This document shows, piece after piece, positions 11,605 through 24,716 of a DNA stretch of 64,000 nucleotides (position 1 is the first letter of the stretch; each line of letters opens with the position of its first letter). The position numbers and the translations under genes are program-made. The stretch comes from Octopus vulgaris. Lineage: Eukaryota. The stretch is from NCBI GenBank assembly GCA_951406725.2, contig OX597816.1:71486001-71550000 (forward strand), read 5' to 3'. The notes beneath the pieces are model-generated. The model was not told the DNA's origin. It was given only the letters and a program-made list of their open reading frames with translations, and searched no databases.

Positions 11605-11818
11605 AAGTAAAAGGTTGTTCTTTATACTAGAGGCACAAGGTCTTAAATTTTGGCGGGAAGGAGCTCGTTAATTACACTGACCCACCTCCCCATACTTGAC
11701 TGGTGCTTATTTCATCTACTCTGAAAAGATGAAAGGTAAAGTTCACCTTGGCATTGTTATATGCAATGTTTTGAGTTTTCTTTTCTTATTTCTTCAGTTC
11801 ATACAAACAATCCTACAC

Positions 11819-11851
<33 letters not shown>

Positions 11852-12603
11852 GGTGCAGATATGGTAGTGTGGATATTGAGCTTGCATAATAACCACCAGG
11901 TCACAAGTTCTATTTCTTTGCATGGCACTTTGAATAAGGGTCTGCTACTCTATCCTTGGCTCAACTTATGCCTTGTGAGTGAAACAGGTAGACAGAAAGT
12001 GTGAAGTGTGAATGCGTGTGTGTGTGTGGCATATATGCTTACATTGTGTATCCAGGCATGAAAAGCACTGAGTGCAAAAACAGTTACACTTGTTGACATT
12101 CTCTGCAAACAAATCCTTCCGAAGCACTGCATTTTCAAAGACAAGTGGAATAGAAAATCCATTAGTTGTCAAACAAACGGGGTTTAATGATAGGAACAGC
12201 CTATGACTGTAAAAACAATAGCTGAATACATATTCATGTAACCCATGCAGGCATAGATAAACAGATGTAAAGTAAACAATGACATGAATATAATATATAA
12301 TTCTCCACTATAGTTGGCATAAAAGGAACTTAACTTTAATAATGCCCTTTAAGATATACATCATATTATCATTATATAACTGGACAGAACCAGTTTCAGC
12401 CAGCCAGCCACCCAACCCAGCCAGCAATATGATTGGATAGAAGCAATCTTAACCAGTCTATCATCGTTATCTTCATCAACATCATCATTATCATTTAATG
12501 TCCACTTTTCCATGCTTGCCTGGGTCAGGCGGAATTTGTTGAGACAGATTTTCTACAGATGGATGTCCATCTTGTTACCCCAAGGCTAGATATGTCTTGC
12601 ATG

Positions 12604-12992
12604 TGGAGGCGCAATGGCCCAGTGGTTAGGGTAGCGGACTCGCGGTCGTAGGATCGCGGTTTCGATTCCCAGACCGGGCGTTGTGAGTGTTTATTGAGCG
12701 AAAACACCTAAAGCTCCATGAGGCTTCGGCAGGGATGGTGGTGATCCCTGCTGTACTCTTTCACCACAAATTTCTCTCATTCTTCCTTCCTGTTTCTGCT
12801 GTACTTGTATTTCAAAGGGCCGGCCTTGTCACTCTCTGTGTCTCGTTGAATATCCCCAAGAACTGTGTTATGGGTAGACATGTCTGTGGAGTGCTCAGCC
12901 ACTTACACGTTAATTTCACAAGCAGACTGTTCCGTTGATCGGATCAACCGGAACCCTCGTCGTCGTAACCGACGGAGTGCTTCCATCCATCC
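12604..12992 (+). mobile_element. family D-related tRNA SINE with (CCAT)n tail and 12-bp TSD
   Basis: A/B boxes TGGCCCAGTGG and GGTTTCGATTCC. TSD ATGTCTTGCATG at 12592-12603 and 12993-13004. The 3' half matches 1770-1954. Confidence 0.92.
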
Positions 12993-13694
12993 ATGTCTTG
13001 CATGCAAGATTAGTAAATGAAAGACAGTTTGTATGACACACACATTTGTTAACAACTATCACATGATGTTAAGACTAGGATACCCACACGTTTTCTTTTG
13101 TCTTGCTCAGTTACATTTTGGTTGTTTTGCTAAATTTTTCTTGAGAACATTTCTTAGTGGTAAGACCATAGCGGATCTATTTCTAGCATAAGGGTGTCCA
13201 CATAGTGATTTCCCTGATATGTACATATATATATATATATATATATATACATACATACATACGTATGTATATATACACACACATACACAAATACACACAC
13301 AAAACAGGCCTCTTTCAGTTTCCACCTACCAAATCTTCTCACAAGGCTTTGGTCTGCCTGAGGCTATGGTGGAAGACACATACCCAAGGTGCCATGTAGT
13401 AGTGGGAACTGAACCCAAGACCACATGGTTGGGAAGCAAACTTCTTAACCACATCCTCATTCATCCCCACACCCATCTACTAAAAAATGTTTTAATTTAA
13501 TATTCATATTTTTCTTATTCAGCCCTTTCTTTTCTCTCTTCTTAGTCAGGAGAGAAGGCAGTGTCTTTGACTTGATGGAGTGCCTCTGGAATTGGTGAAC
13601 AGGAGACAAAATATCTTCAAATCAGGAACTTAATACAATAGAATGGATTCTGCTAAAGGCGCCTAGTGATGGACTTCAGTGCAGTCTCTATAAA

Positions 13695-13914
13695 CCCTTT
13701 CATTACCAACCCGGCTGAAACCGGCTCTGGCTCTTTAGTATAAATGTCTTGTTTTCATAAGTTTTGAATTCAAATCTTCCTCCAAATTTAGTCGCAATTT
13801 ATGTTCCTAACACTAGCTTAATGATAACGATGTTATTTTACTAAATTCTTTGTTATATTTAAAATAATTGGAAGAAACACAGAGCATCTCAAAATAAATA
13901 GAGTAATGAAAGGG
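13695..13914. mobile_element. piggyBac-like MITE
   Basis: Perfect 12-bp TIR CCCTTTCATTAC/GTAATGAAAGGG. TTAA on the right, TAAA on the left. Confidence 0.8.
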
Positions 13915-14130
13915 TTAATGAAATTTCATTCTTAAGACTTTGGTTGAGCCAAGGCTATAGAAGAAGATCCATATCTAAAATGTTGCATGCTGGGATTGAA
14001 CCTGAAACCACACCACTGCAAAGCAAACCTACACAGCCATATCTTCACTAACTAACCAACCAACCAGCCAACCCAGACAGCTAACCAATCATCAAAATCA
14101 TTTGTAGCAAGTAACCAATGAAATGTTGAA

Positions 14131-14470
14131 CATCATCATCATCATCAAATGTCTGTTTTCTATGCTGGCATGGGTTGATGGTTTGACAGTAGCTGGTGAA
14201 CTTAAAGACTGCATCAAATTCCAATAACTGCTTTGGCATGGTTTCTATGGCTGGATGCCCTTCCTAATGCCAACCACTTTACAGAGTGTACTGGGTGCTT
14301 TTTATGTGGCACCAGCACCTGTGAGGTCTGCTTTGGTATGGTTTCTATGGCGGGATGCCCTTTCTAATGCCAGCTACTTAACAGAGTGTACAGGGTGCTT
14401 TTTACGTGGCACCAGCACCAGTGAGGTCACTAAACAACTCACAAGGCAAGACCCCTCAAATGAGGTGGAA
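14131..14470 (-). mobile_element. family C-related retroposon with internal duplication
   Basis: Two copies of CTTTGG.ATGGTTTCTATGGC.GGATGCCCTT.CTAATGCCA...GGGTGCTTTTTA.GTGGCACCAGCACC. Confidence 0.75.
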
Positions 14471-14979
14471 TGTATCAAGGGAGATAACTTTATGTCAGGT
14501 GATGCGAAGCTGAAGAATGATAGAGAGAGAGAGAGAGAGAGAAACAGATGTCATTTAGTAGAAGAGATACTAAATGGAAGAGGATGGTGGTGAAGATGTG
14601 TTAGTGTAACAGCTGCATATAGCTTTGGTTGTTCATTGTTGATGCATTTAGATGCTACTGGTGTATCTAGATGTTATCATTGTGTCAAAGTTGTTGTTGT
14701 TGCTATATCAATGTTGTGCTTAGATTAGTGGTTCTCAACCATTTTAATATCCAGGCCAGATCCAAAACCTGGATTCTTTTAGGGTGCAACACCGAAAAAA
14801 AAAAAGGTAAAATATGGGTCAATATTGGTAAAAACGGTAAGATAACAAAAGAAAGTAAGAGACCTCAATATTATGTAAATAGAGGAAATTTATCTGTAAA
14901 ATAATATTTGACAATTATTTGGTAGCCAGTTTTATCTTGGCTACCGAATAATTGTCATATATATATATATATATATATA

Positions 14980-15418
14980 GCACAGGCATGGCTGTGTGGT
15001 AAGAAGCTTGCTTTCCAACCACATGGTTCCAGGATCAGTCTCAATGCATGACACCTTGGGCAAGTGTCTTCTACTATAGCCTCCGGCTAACCAAATCCTT
15101 GTGAGTGGATTTAGTAGACGGAAACTGAAAGAACCCCATCGTATGTGTGTGTGTGTATATATATATATATGTATGTATACATACACACACATATATATAT
15201 ATATGTATGTATCTATGTGCTTGTGTTTGTCCCTGCCACTATCGCTTGGCAACCAATGTTGGTGTGTTTATGTCCCCATAACTTAGCAGTTCGGCAAAAG
15301 AGACCAAAAGAATAAGTACCAAACTTACAAAGAACAAGTCCTAGGGTTGATTTCTTTGACTAGAAGTCGGTGCTCCAGCATGGCTGCTATCAAATGACAA
15401 ACTAGTAAAAGAACAAAA

Positions 15419-15420
<2 letters not shown>
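14980..15420 (+). mobile_element. family A SINE, full length
   Basis: GCACAGGCATGGCTGTGTGGTAAG head through the AGTAAAAGAACAAAAGA tail. Confidence 0.9.
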
Positions 15421-15479
<59 letters not shown>

Positions 15480-16149
15480 TGTAAGGAAGACTATTGAGGA
15501 CTGCTGGAAGGATGCTTGAGGGAGGCTGATGGCCCTGGGAGCTGTGATTAAGGACCTCTGGTCTAGATGCTGTTGTACAGTCTAAATGCTATTTTCATGT
15601 CTAAAATTAGTTGTTGTTTAATGTTTGCACTGCTCTGAATTCTAACAAGTAGCAGGTGGTAAGCAATGAGGGAGAATCGGTGACCTTCATGATGTTCAAA
15701 TCATATCAACAAAAAAAAAAGAGCAAAAAACAAAAAATGCATTGAGTCAAATCAGTAGTAGTTGCTATGACAACCATGACACTGTTTACAATTGTCAAAC
15801 ATAGGAAATAATTTCATCATCATCAAACAACATCGAATGTCAAAACAACATTTCCAAATTGACAGCTTGTCATCACCGTCATTGTAATCCTCCACCTCAC
15901 TTCCCATCCTCCTCCTCATCCTCCCTCAACAAACCAATAAATACCATTGCTGCATATGCCTCATAACAAGCTGCATACATATACATACACATGCAGGCAC
16001 ACACACACACACACATACACACATACACATATATCACTTCCATAGACCTCTCTAGCACAGGAAATCAAAAATATTAAACCTGAAAGATTATAGAAAAGAT
16101 GAAAGAGCTCACCTCATGATGTCTGCTCACTCCCGCCCCCCTCTCTCTT

Positions 16150-16209
<60 letters not shown>

Positions 16210-16369
16210 TGAGCTCCAACCAGACACATCACTTTTCACAACTACATGTCTAATTAACCACGAATATGTAAACATGTCAACTGTAACATTGTGACATCAG
16301 TCTTCAGCATGTCTCCTCCAATTACCTCTCTAACAGCAGCACAGATGCATGAATATCGCCATGACTCTC

Positions 16370-17500
16370 CAGATGACTAGAACACTATGGAAAACTATCA
16401 TAAAACTACAGATATTTTAAACATGTTAACAATAATCTAGAACACTTTTACAACACCATGTATATTAAACACCTCAACAATGTACTATAGCATTACTATA
16501 ATTCTACAGATAGCTTAATGCCTTGAAAACACATCAAGAAATCCACTACAACCCCACAGATATCTAAACATGTTAAAAACAGAACAGAACACTACTACAG
16601 CACCACAGATATCTAAACATGTTAAAAACAGAAGAGAACACTACTACAACACTAAAGATATCTAAACATGTTAAAAACAGAAGAGAACACTACTACAGCA
16701 CCACAGATATCTAAACATGTTAAAAACAGAAGAGAACACTACTACAACACTACAGATATTTAAACATGTTTAAAACAGAACAGAACACTACTACAACACC
16801 ACAGATATCTAAACATGTTAAAAACAGAACAGAACACTACTACAACACTACAGATATTTAAACACATTCACAATATTTCAGAAAATTATTACACCACCAG
16901 AGAACACTATCACAGCACCACAGATATCTAAACATGTTAAAAATACCACAGAACACTACTAGAACAGAGAACACTATTACACTACCACAGATATCTAAAC
17001 GTGTTAAGAACACAAAACATTGCTACAGCACAAGAGAACACTGTGACACCATCACAATTATTTAAACATGTTAATAATATTCCAGAAGACTGCTACAACA
17101 CCAGAGAACATTATCGTAGCATTACAGATATCAGAGATGTTAAATGCACCATAGAACATCACTATAACACTATAGAACACTAGCACACCACCACAGATAT
17201 CTAAACATATTAAGAACCACACAGAACACTGCTACAATGTAAGAGAACACTATTACAACATTACAGATATCTAAACATATTAAGAACCACAGAACACTAT
17301 CACTATATGACTGATATTTAAACATATTAAAACACGTGCCTGAATATTATTATAACATCATAGATATTTTTTAAACATGTTAACAGAAGATTAGAACACT
17401 ACTACAAATATCATAGACATCTAAACCATCTTAAAAACACATTATAACACCACAGAACATCATCATAGCATTACAGATATTGAAACACTGCTACAATTTC
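16370..17500. repeat. 49-bp minisatellite with a homogeneous core (~16553-16865) and degenerate flanks
   Basis: Unit ACAGATATCTAAACATGTTAAAAACAGAA(C/G)AGAACACTACTACA(A/G)CAC(C/T). Period 49 (16561 to 16610). Confidence 0.92.
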
Positions 17501-17823
17501 AGACACATAACCACTACTACTCCAACAATAACACCACCTATATCTAAGCACCTTAACTATACTCCAAAGCACCTCTACTATGGCAGCTACCATCACAACA
17601 GACTTCACAGATAATCTTTCTACCAAATATATTTTGAGCCCACAATTTAGCCTCAATTTGGTTCCTCAGCCTGCTAGACGGAGCAACCAAATCTCCCTCA
17701 AATCACATCTTACTATCATAAATGAACACATACACACACATGCATGCACACATACACAATTGTTCCAATACATTATGTCTGAGGGTAGACACAGATGGAA
17801 TAATTTTTTCTTTCTTTGTAATA

Positions 17824-18228
17824 TCATCATCATCATCGTTTAACGTCCGTTTTCCACGCTAGAATGGGTTGGATGGTTCGACCGGGGTCTGGAAGCCATG
17901 GAGGCTGCAGTCTGGAGGCTCTAGCCTGATTTGGCAGTGTTTCTACAGCTGGATGCCCTTCCTAACGCCAACCACTCCGTGAGTGTAGTGGGTGGTTTTT
18001 ACGTGCCACTGGCACAGGGGCCAGAGCAGGCTGGCAAACGGCCACGATCGGTTGCTTTTACGTGTCACCAACACAGATGCCAGCCAGGCAGCGCTGGCAT
18101 CTGCCACGTTCGGACAGTGCTTTTTACATGTCACCAGCACGGGTGTCTTAACTACAATTTCCATTTGAATTTTTATTTTGATGTTGATATACCTGACACA
18201 GTAGGTCTCCTCAAGAACAACGGGTCAC
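17824..18228 (-). mobile_element. family C retroposon
   Basis: (CAT)nCGTTTAACGTCCG start, core motif and three internal repeat units. Confidence 0.85.
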
Positions 18229-18318
18229 TATATATATATATATATATATACACACACATACATGAGTGTAATTGCATGCATTTGTGTGTAAAGTACACAA
18301 GAACTAAGGTCAGCTTAA

Positions 18319-18504
18319 CCCTTTAAATATACAGGCCAAATATTCTAGCCATAGAGGCCATATCCAGTTCAAATATCCTAGCTACATACGCCATATCCAG
18401 TCCAAATATTCTACTTGCTCTATGTTCAACCAGCCAGATCTGGCCTCTCACACTTATTCTGCAATAAATATTACATTTGACAGAGTAATCGGAATGCTAA
18501 AAGG
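18319..18504. mobile_element. piggyBac-like MITE
   Basis: TTAA-CCCTTTA...TAAAAGG-TTAA. Internal similarity to 9602-9817. Confidence 0.65.
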
Positions 18505-18536
18505 TTAAGTGTGTCGAGTCACAGATTGTATATATA

Positions 18537-19090
18537 CGAGGGTGAGTCAAAAAGTAATGCCATTTTGTTTAGGACTGATATAATAACCAACATAGGAACA
18601 TGTATCATACATCAAAAGGAAGCTGGTCCTCTGCAGATCACATCCCTACTTCTCAACATAGTCACCGTCCCTCTCAATAGCAATGTTCCACCTTCGAATG
18701 AGAGCATGTATCCCTGCCCCATAAAATTCTGTTGACTGTTCTTTGAGCCACTTCTTCGCTAGTCTTCACTTCCTAGTCACTGGAATAATGTTTGCCTCTC
18801 AAACCCCCTTTCATGGCACCAAAGAGATGATAGTCTGAAGGTGCTAAATTTGGTGAGTGTGGAGGTAGGGAAGAAGTGGCTGAAAGAACGGTCAACAGAA
18901 TTTTACGGGGCAGGGATACATGCTCTCATTCAAAGGTGGAACATTGCTATTGAGAGAAACGGTGACTATGTTGAGGAGTAAAGATGTGATTCACAGAGGA
19001 CCAGCTTCATTTTGATGTATGATACATGTTCCTGTGTTGGTAATTGTACCTGTCCAAAACAAAATGGCATAACTTTTTGACTCACCCTCG
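18537..19090. mobile_element. mariner-derived fold-back non-autonomous transposon
   Basis: TA-CGAGGGTGAGTCAAAAAGT...ACTTTTTGACTCACCCTCG-TA with ~220-bp inverted arms. Right arm reads KKWLKERSTEFYGAGIHALIQRWNIAIERNGDYVEE*. The centre (minus strand) reads HSPNLAPSDYHLF, the mariner YSPDLAPSDY motif. Confidence 0.93.
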
Positions 19091-19548
19091 TATATCTGCT
19101 AGGTCACTTAATTTCTGTATATATAACTGCGCATTCAGACATATACTTACTGAGTTTGGACGGAGTTTATTTGAGGTAGATATTTTTTAGAACTGGATGC
19201 CCTTCTAGCTATCAACTCTCACCTGATTCCAAGCGAGACAATATTTCTCCATGCCCAGACATGTTTTTGCAGAATATTGGAAATGAACAACACTGCTTCT
19301 ATGACAGGGACATTCATTTACAACTAAAGTTCCTTCCTTCTCATGGCATGCTGACTCCCCTCCAGGACAGGACGCTGGTCTGTTGCAGGATTACTCATTT
19401 TTGCCAGCTGTGGACTGGAGCATCATGAAATGAAGTGCTTTGCTCAAGAACACAATGCATTGCCTAGTCCAGGAATCGAAACCACACTCTTACAATCATG
19501 AGTCCAACACCCGAACCATTGACTCCACCTTGACTCATTTACAACTAC

Positions 19549-19782
19549 CTATTTCTTTACTACCCACAATGGGCTAAACACAGAGAGGACAAACAAGGAT
19601 ACACAAACGGATTAAGTCGATTACATCGACCCCAGTGCGTAACTGGTACTTAATTTATCGACCCCGAAAGGATGAAAGGCAAAGTCGACCTCGGCGGAAT
19701 TTGAACTCAGAACGTAACGGTAGACGAAATACGGCTACACATTTCGCCCGGCATGCTAACGTTTCTGCCAGATCGCCGCCTT
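19549..19782 (-). mobile_element. family B SINE, full length
   Basis: Near-consensus reverse complement of 43053-43283. Confidence 0.92.
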
Positions 19783-21196
19783 TTACAGCTACCATGCACT
19801 GTCATGACAAGGGAACACAAACAACAGACACACGGTGGCTTTCTTTCAGTTTCACTCACAAGATTTTTGTTGACCTGAGGCTCTGTTAGAAGGCACCAGC
19901 CAAAAGTGCCATACAGTGGGATTGAACCGAAAAATACATAGTTGCAAAGCAAGTGTCTTAACTACAGCCATGTTTACACCTATTCAGTAATAATGCAGTC
20001 ACAAAGTGAATGGGTATTAAATGATAATTCCAGCACTTAATTACTGAGTATTAAGCAATAATTCAAACCACTATTTGCTTTCAAGTGAAAAAGACATTGT
20101 TTAGCAATAGAATGATAATGAAGGTATGACTGCTTCTGTAGAAATTCTTTGGAGGAATTTGACCAAATACAATTTAGATGAATCATGAGAGTAGGGTTAT
20201 TGCTCCTTGACATATTTATTTAGAAGTGACGTCGAATGAAAATGATCAAATTCATTGACATTGTTGAGGTAATTAACAAGTCCGTTTGTAATGTTGTTGT
20301 TGTTATTTAAAGTTTGGCCAGTCTAGATTTGGTTGATCTATGATTAAAATCCTTTCAGCTTTGGCCATCCTATTTTTGTTTCAGGCATAGTGTATCAAGG
20401 ACTATGTAATCCAATATGGCATTAAATTATTATTTTTGTTGTAAGGATAGGATGTGTGTGCATGTTAGGTGGGGGTTGTTTTTTTGTGGTAAGTGAGGGA
20501 AGAATCAACTACTATTTCTCACTGATTAAGCTTCCACGCAGATTTCTCTCTCGTGGGCAAGTTGTATGTCACAAGGTTGTCTTGAGAGAGAGGTTAAGAT
20601 AAAAGAGAGTCTTAGCCAGGAGTGATAATTTTGCTGACCCAGTAGAGCTATGAATAAAGGTCTTCCTCCTTTGACCATCAATTTTCTGTCTAGGACTATA
20701 TTGCCTAATGTCTCTTTTCATTTATAAAGATGACTGGCTGTGATGTGATGTTTGAGGGTGATTTGATTGTTATTTCTAGCAGGTTGATTGACTGCACACA
20801 GGCTCCTACTTTGACTTGGGCTAAGGCTTTTTTCTCTTGGGTCATGGGTGACTGTCTTAACCAGTGGTTTTCAGCTGGGGTCCATATGGACCCTCAGGTG
20901 GTTATATAAGATTTTTGGGGTCACTCAACAAAACAGTAAATTGGGTATCATCATCATCATCATCATCATCATCATTGTTTAACATCCATTTCCCATGTCT
21001 GCATGGGTGAAACTGAATTAATTGAAGCAGACAGCTGGATGCACTTTCTGTCACCAACATTCCTCTGTTTCCAAGCAAGGTAATATTTTCTCATGGCTAG
21101 ACATGTTTTTCATGAAAGACTTGAAGCAAAAAACACTGCTTAGCAAAAAACACTGCTTGTATGACAGAGCCTTCTTTCAGTTTCTTATTTCTTTTT

Positions 21197-21425
21197 TATT
21201 TCTTTATTGCCCACAAGGGGCTAAACATAGAGGGGATAACAAGGACAGACAAAGGGATTAAGTCGATTACATCGACCCCAGTGTGTAACTGGTATTTAAT
21301 TTATCGACCCTGAAAGGATGAAAGGCAAAGTTGACCTTGGCGGAATTTGAACTCAGAACGTAATGGCAGATGAAATACCGCAAAGCATTTCGCCCAGCGT
21401 GCTAATGTTTCTGCCAGCTCGCTAC
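21197..21425 (-). mobile_element. family B SINE inserted in a family A fragment
   Basis: Family B consensus. CCTTCTTTCAGTTTCT occurs on both sides (~21169 and ~21425), TSD-like. Confidence 0.85.
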
Positions 21426-21964
21426 CTTCTTTCAGTTTCTGTCTACCAAATTCACCCATAAGACCTTGATTGGCCCAGAGCTGTAATGGAAGACAGCTAC
21501 CCAAGGTACCATGCGCTAAGGGACTGAACCTGAAACCACATGGTTCATAAATAAGCTTCTTAACCACAAAAACAGAGGGATAAGACCTACAGTTTTTCCA
21601 GAACTTCTCAGACTAGTTGAATTGGTGTAGACAATAGTCAGCCTGAATATCTGTAGATCAATATAGAAAATACATAGGTGAGGAAAGAGAATTTGGGAGA
21701 CTGCATTGCGTGATTATAACAGAATGAACTCTGCTAAAAGCATCCAAAGACCAGGTGTTTGTTAAAACCAATTTGCATGTTTGAACCGTTTATTTTGTCT
21801 GTAATTCTTCTCTGAGGTGGTACCTCAGTTAGCATGATGTCACATTTGATGTAAATGATTTTACTCTTAACATTATACATTTAATGTGAATATTTAATAT
21901 ATCTATATATTAAATGTTCATACACACACACATTTACAACGTATAAATATTCATATGTATATAT

Positions 21965-22197
21965 ATTATATATCTGTATCTATCTATCTATATATATATA
22001 TATGCACATATACATATGAATATATATAAATATACTTATATATATAATGCCTTATAAATATTCATACATAATTATACACACACACATTATATATCTATAT
22101 CTATATCTATATATATGCACATATACATATGAATATATATAAATATACTTATATATATAATGCCTTATAAATATTCATACATAATTATACACACACA
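21965..22197. repeat. tandem duplication of a ~113-bp AT-rich unit
   Basis: TATGCACATATACATATGAATATATATAAATATACTT...ATTATACACACAC at 22001 and 22114. Confidence 0.85.
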
Positions 22198-22657
22198 TAT
22201 ATATATACATGTTCTTTATTTGTAAAAAAATAATAGATAAATATATATATGTAGTAGCTGCCTTCTTGTATACATATGTATAAATGTATGTATGTATATA
22301 TATATGTATGTGTGTTTGTGTATGTATACATATATATGTATATGAACACACACACACACACACACATATGTGTGCACATACATATAATGTTGAATATTCA
22401 GATTGCAGCTATTTCCGGTTAGATATTGTACAATGGGGATTTTTCACTTGGATGACTGTAAAATGATGAGGATATTAATTTGATGATAAATTAAATAGCA
22501 AAACACTCTATGCAAGTGTGTACGTGTGTTTGTGGGCAAGCACATGCGTGTGTGTGTGTGTATGTGTGTGTGATTAGGACTGATTGTGTGGGCTTATATG
22601 TGTTAGAATGTTTGTAACAGTGAATATTTAGGTAGGTATGTATTTATATTTACATTT

Positions 22658-22752
22658 ATGTGTGTGTGTGTGGGCGTTGTGTGTGTGTGTGGGCGTTGTG
22701 TGTGTGTGTGGGCGTCGTGTGTGTGTGTGGGCGTCGTGTGTGTGTGTGTGTG
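22658..22752. repeat. 19-bp (GT)n-GGGCGT(T/C) minisatellite, 4 copies
   Basis: GGGCGT recurs at 22672, 22691, 22710 and 22729. Confidence 0.85.
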
Positions 22753-23029
22753 GTAGTATGTATTGTAAGACTGTCTAAATATGAGTGTGTCTAAATATGA
22801 AGGCTTGTACATGTATGTGTTTATGTCCAGCTTTATCTACGTGTGTCTGTGTGGTCTGAAGGCTTGTTACTTGTATACATTGGTATGTGTGGTGTTTATG
22901 GATGTGATTAAGTCACAGGGTGAGGCTTGAGCTGTAGTAAATGGCGATTTTAAAATGAACTTGACCCTACTATTTAGTTCTGAGTCAACAGTAAAGTCAA
23001 TGCCCTATTGTAATCCTTAAAATTCCTTT

Positions 23030-23345
23030 AAAATAACAAAATCACAAGACAAATGCTTCATATAGCTATGGTTATATATAACTGTGATACGTACACACAA
23101 TTTGCATCGCCAGTTTGGAACCCCGTCTTGTCCACAATATTGATCTACTGGAAGCTGTCCAAAGACTTGCAATGACATTAATACCCTGTCAGTCGCTTAC
23201 CATATCTTGGACACCTTGCTTCTTTGGCACTGACACACTAAAGCTTCAACAGCTAACAATCGACTTGGGAGAAGCCCACAAAATTATCCACTATTTTACC
23301 AATAATAACTTTGGCTACCGTTTGAATTCAATATTTTCACCATCA
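23030..23345 (+). pseudogene. decayed CR1/L2-like LINE ORF2 C-terminal fragment
   Basis: FASPVWN/PRLVHNIDLLEAVQRLAM...TLKLQQLTIDLGEAHKII (frameshifted) matches the xxxVWxP...LExVQR...DLxxxxKI pattern. Confidence 0.7.
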
Positions 23346-23354
23346 ATAAAGGCC

Positions 23355-24051
23355 TAGGCATGGCTTTGCAGTAAAAATCTTGCTTCCCAACCACATGGTT
23401 CTGGGTTCAGTCCCACTGTATGGCACCTTGGGCAAGTGTCTTCTACTATAGCCTTGGGCTGATCAGAGCCTTGTGAATGGATTTGGTAGATGGAAACTGA
23501 AAGAAGTCCATCATATATATATATCATCATCATCATCATCGTTTAATGTCCGCTTTCCTCGCTGGCATGGGTTGGATGGTTTGACTGAGGACTGACAAGC
23601 CAGGAGGCTGCACCAGGTTCCAGTCTGATCTGGCAAGGTTTCTCCCACTGGATGTCCTTCTTAATGCCAAGCACTCCAAGAGTGTAGTGGGTGCTTTTTA
23701 TGTGTGACTGGTGGGGGCCAGTCAGACAGCACTGGCATCAACCACACTTGAATGGGGCTTTTTACATGCCACTTGCACAGGAGCTAGTCAAGTGGCACTG
23801 GCATCAACCATGCTCGAATGGTGCTTTTTACATGTCACCTAGATGTGTATGTTTTTGTGTCTGTCTCCCCCAGCCACCACTTGACAACCAGTATTGGTTT
23901 GTTTGTGTCCCAATAACTTAGTGCTTCAGTAAAAGCCACCACCAGAATAAGTACTAGGCTTTTTTTTAAAAAAAACAGGGTTCATTTGATTAAAATGTCA
24001 AAGAAGTGCCCCAACATGGCCACAGTCTAATGACTGACACAAATAAAAGAA
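23355..24051 (+). mobile_element. family A SINE with a family C copy (23523-23840, minus) inserted in its internal microsatellite
   Basis: A head at 23355-23512, C insert, then the A 3' half resumes at ~23842. Confidence 0.85.
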
Positions 24052-24169
24052 TAATGTGGCAAGCCAATAGAATTGTTAGCACACTGGGAAAAATGCTTTA
24101 TGGCATTGAACTGTCCAACCCATGCTAGCATAGAAAGTGGACGTTAAACAATGATCATGATGATATGTG

Positions 24170-24716
24170 TCATCATCAACCTCATCATCATTTAATGTCT
24201 GCTTTTCATGCTAGCATGGGTTGGACGATTTTGACTGAGGGCTGGTGAACCAGATGGCCGCACCAGGCTCCAATTTTGATTTGGAAGAGTTTCTACAGCT
24301 GGTTGCCCTTCCTCACGCCAACCACTCCGAGAGTGTAGTGGGTGCTTTTTACATGCCACCAGCATGGGGGCCAGTCAGGAGGTACTGGCAACAACCTCGA
24401 TTGAATCTTTTTACACATACCACCAGCACAGGTGACAGTAAGGCGACGTTGGTAACGATCACGCTCGAATGGTGCCCTTTTACGTGCCACTGGCACAGAA
24501 GCCAGTTGGCTGCTCTGGCAACGATCACGCTCGGATGGTGCTCTTGGCACCTACTAGCATGGGCACAAGTGCCAGTAAGGCAACGCTGATAATGATCACA
24601 CTTGAATGGTGCTTTTTATGTGCCACTGGCACGGAAGCCGGTTAGCCGCTCTGTCAACGATCACACTCGTATGGTGCTCTTTGCACCCCGCTAGCATGGA
24701 TGCCAGTCATCGAATG
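24170..24716 (-). mobile_element. family C retroposon, longest internal-repeat array in the window
   Basis: Highly similar to 10345-10853 but with an additional internal unit. Confidence 0.88.

Noticed and set aside
13546-13690. Acceptor-like pyrimidine tract followed by unique sequence
   Set aside because: Stops in all three frames shortly after the AG and no good donor.
16553-16865. CRISPR-like regular repeat
   Set aside because: Contiguous 49-bp tandem units without unique spacers, no cas genes, eukaryotic context.
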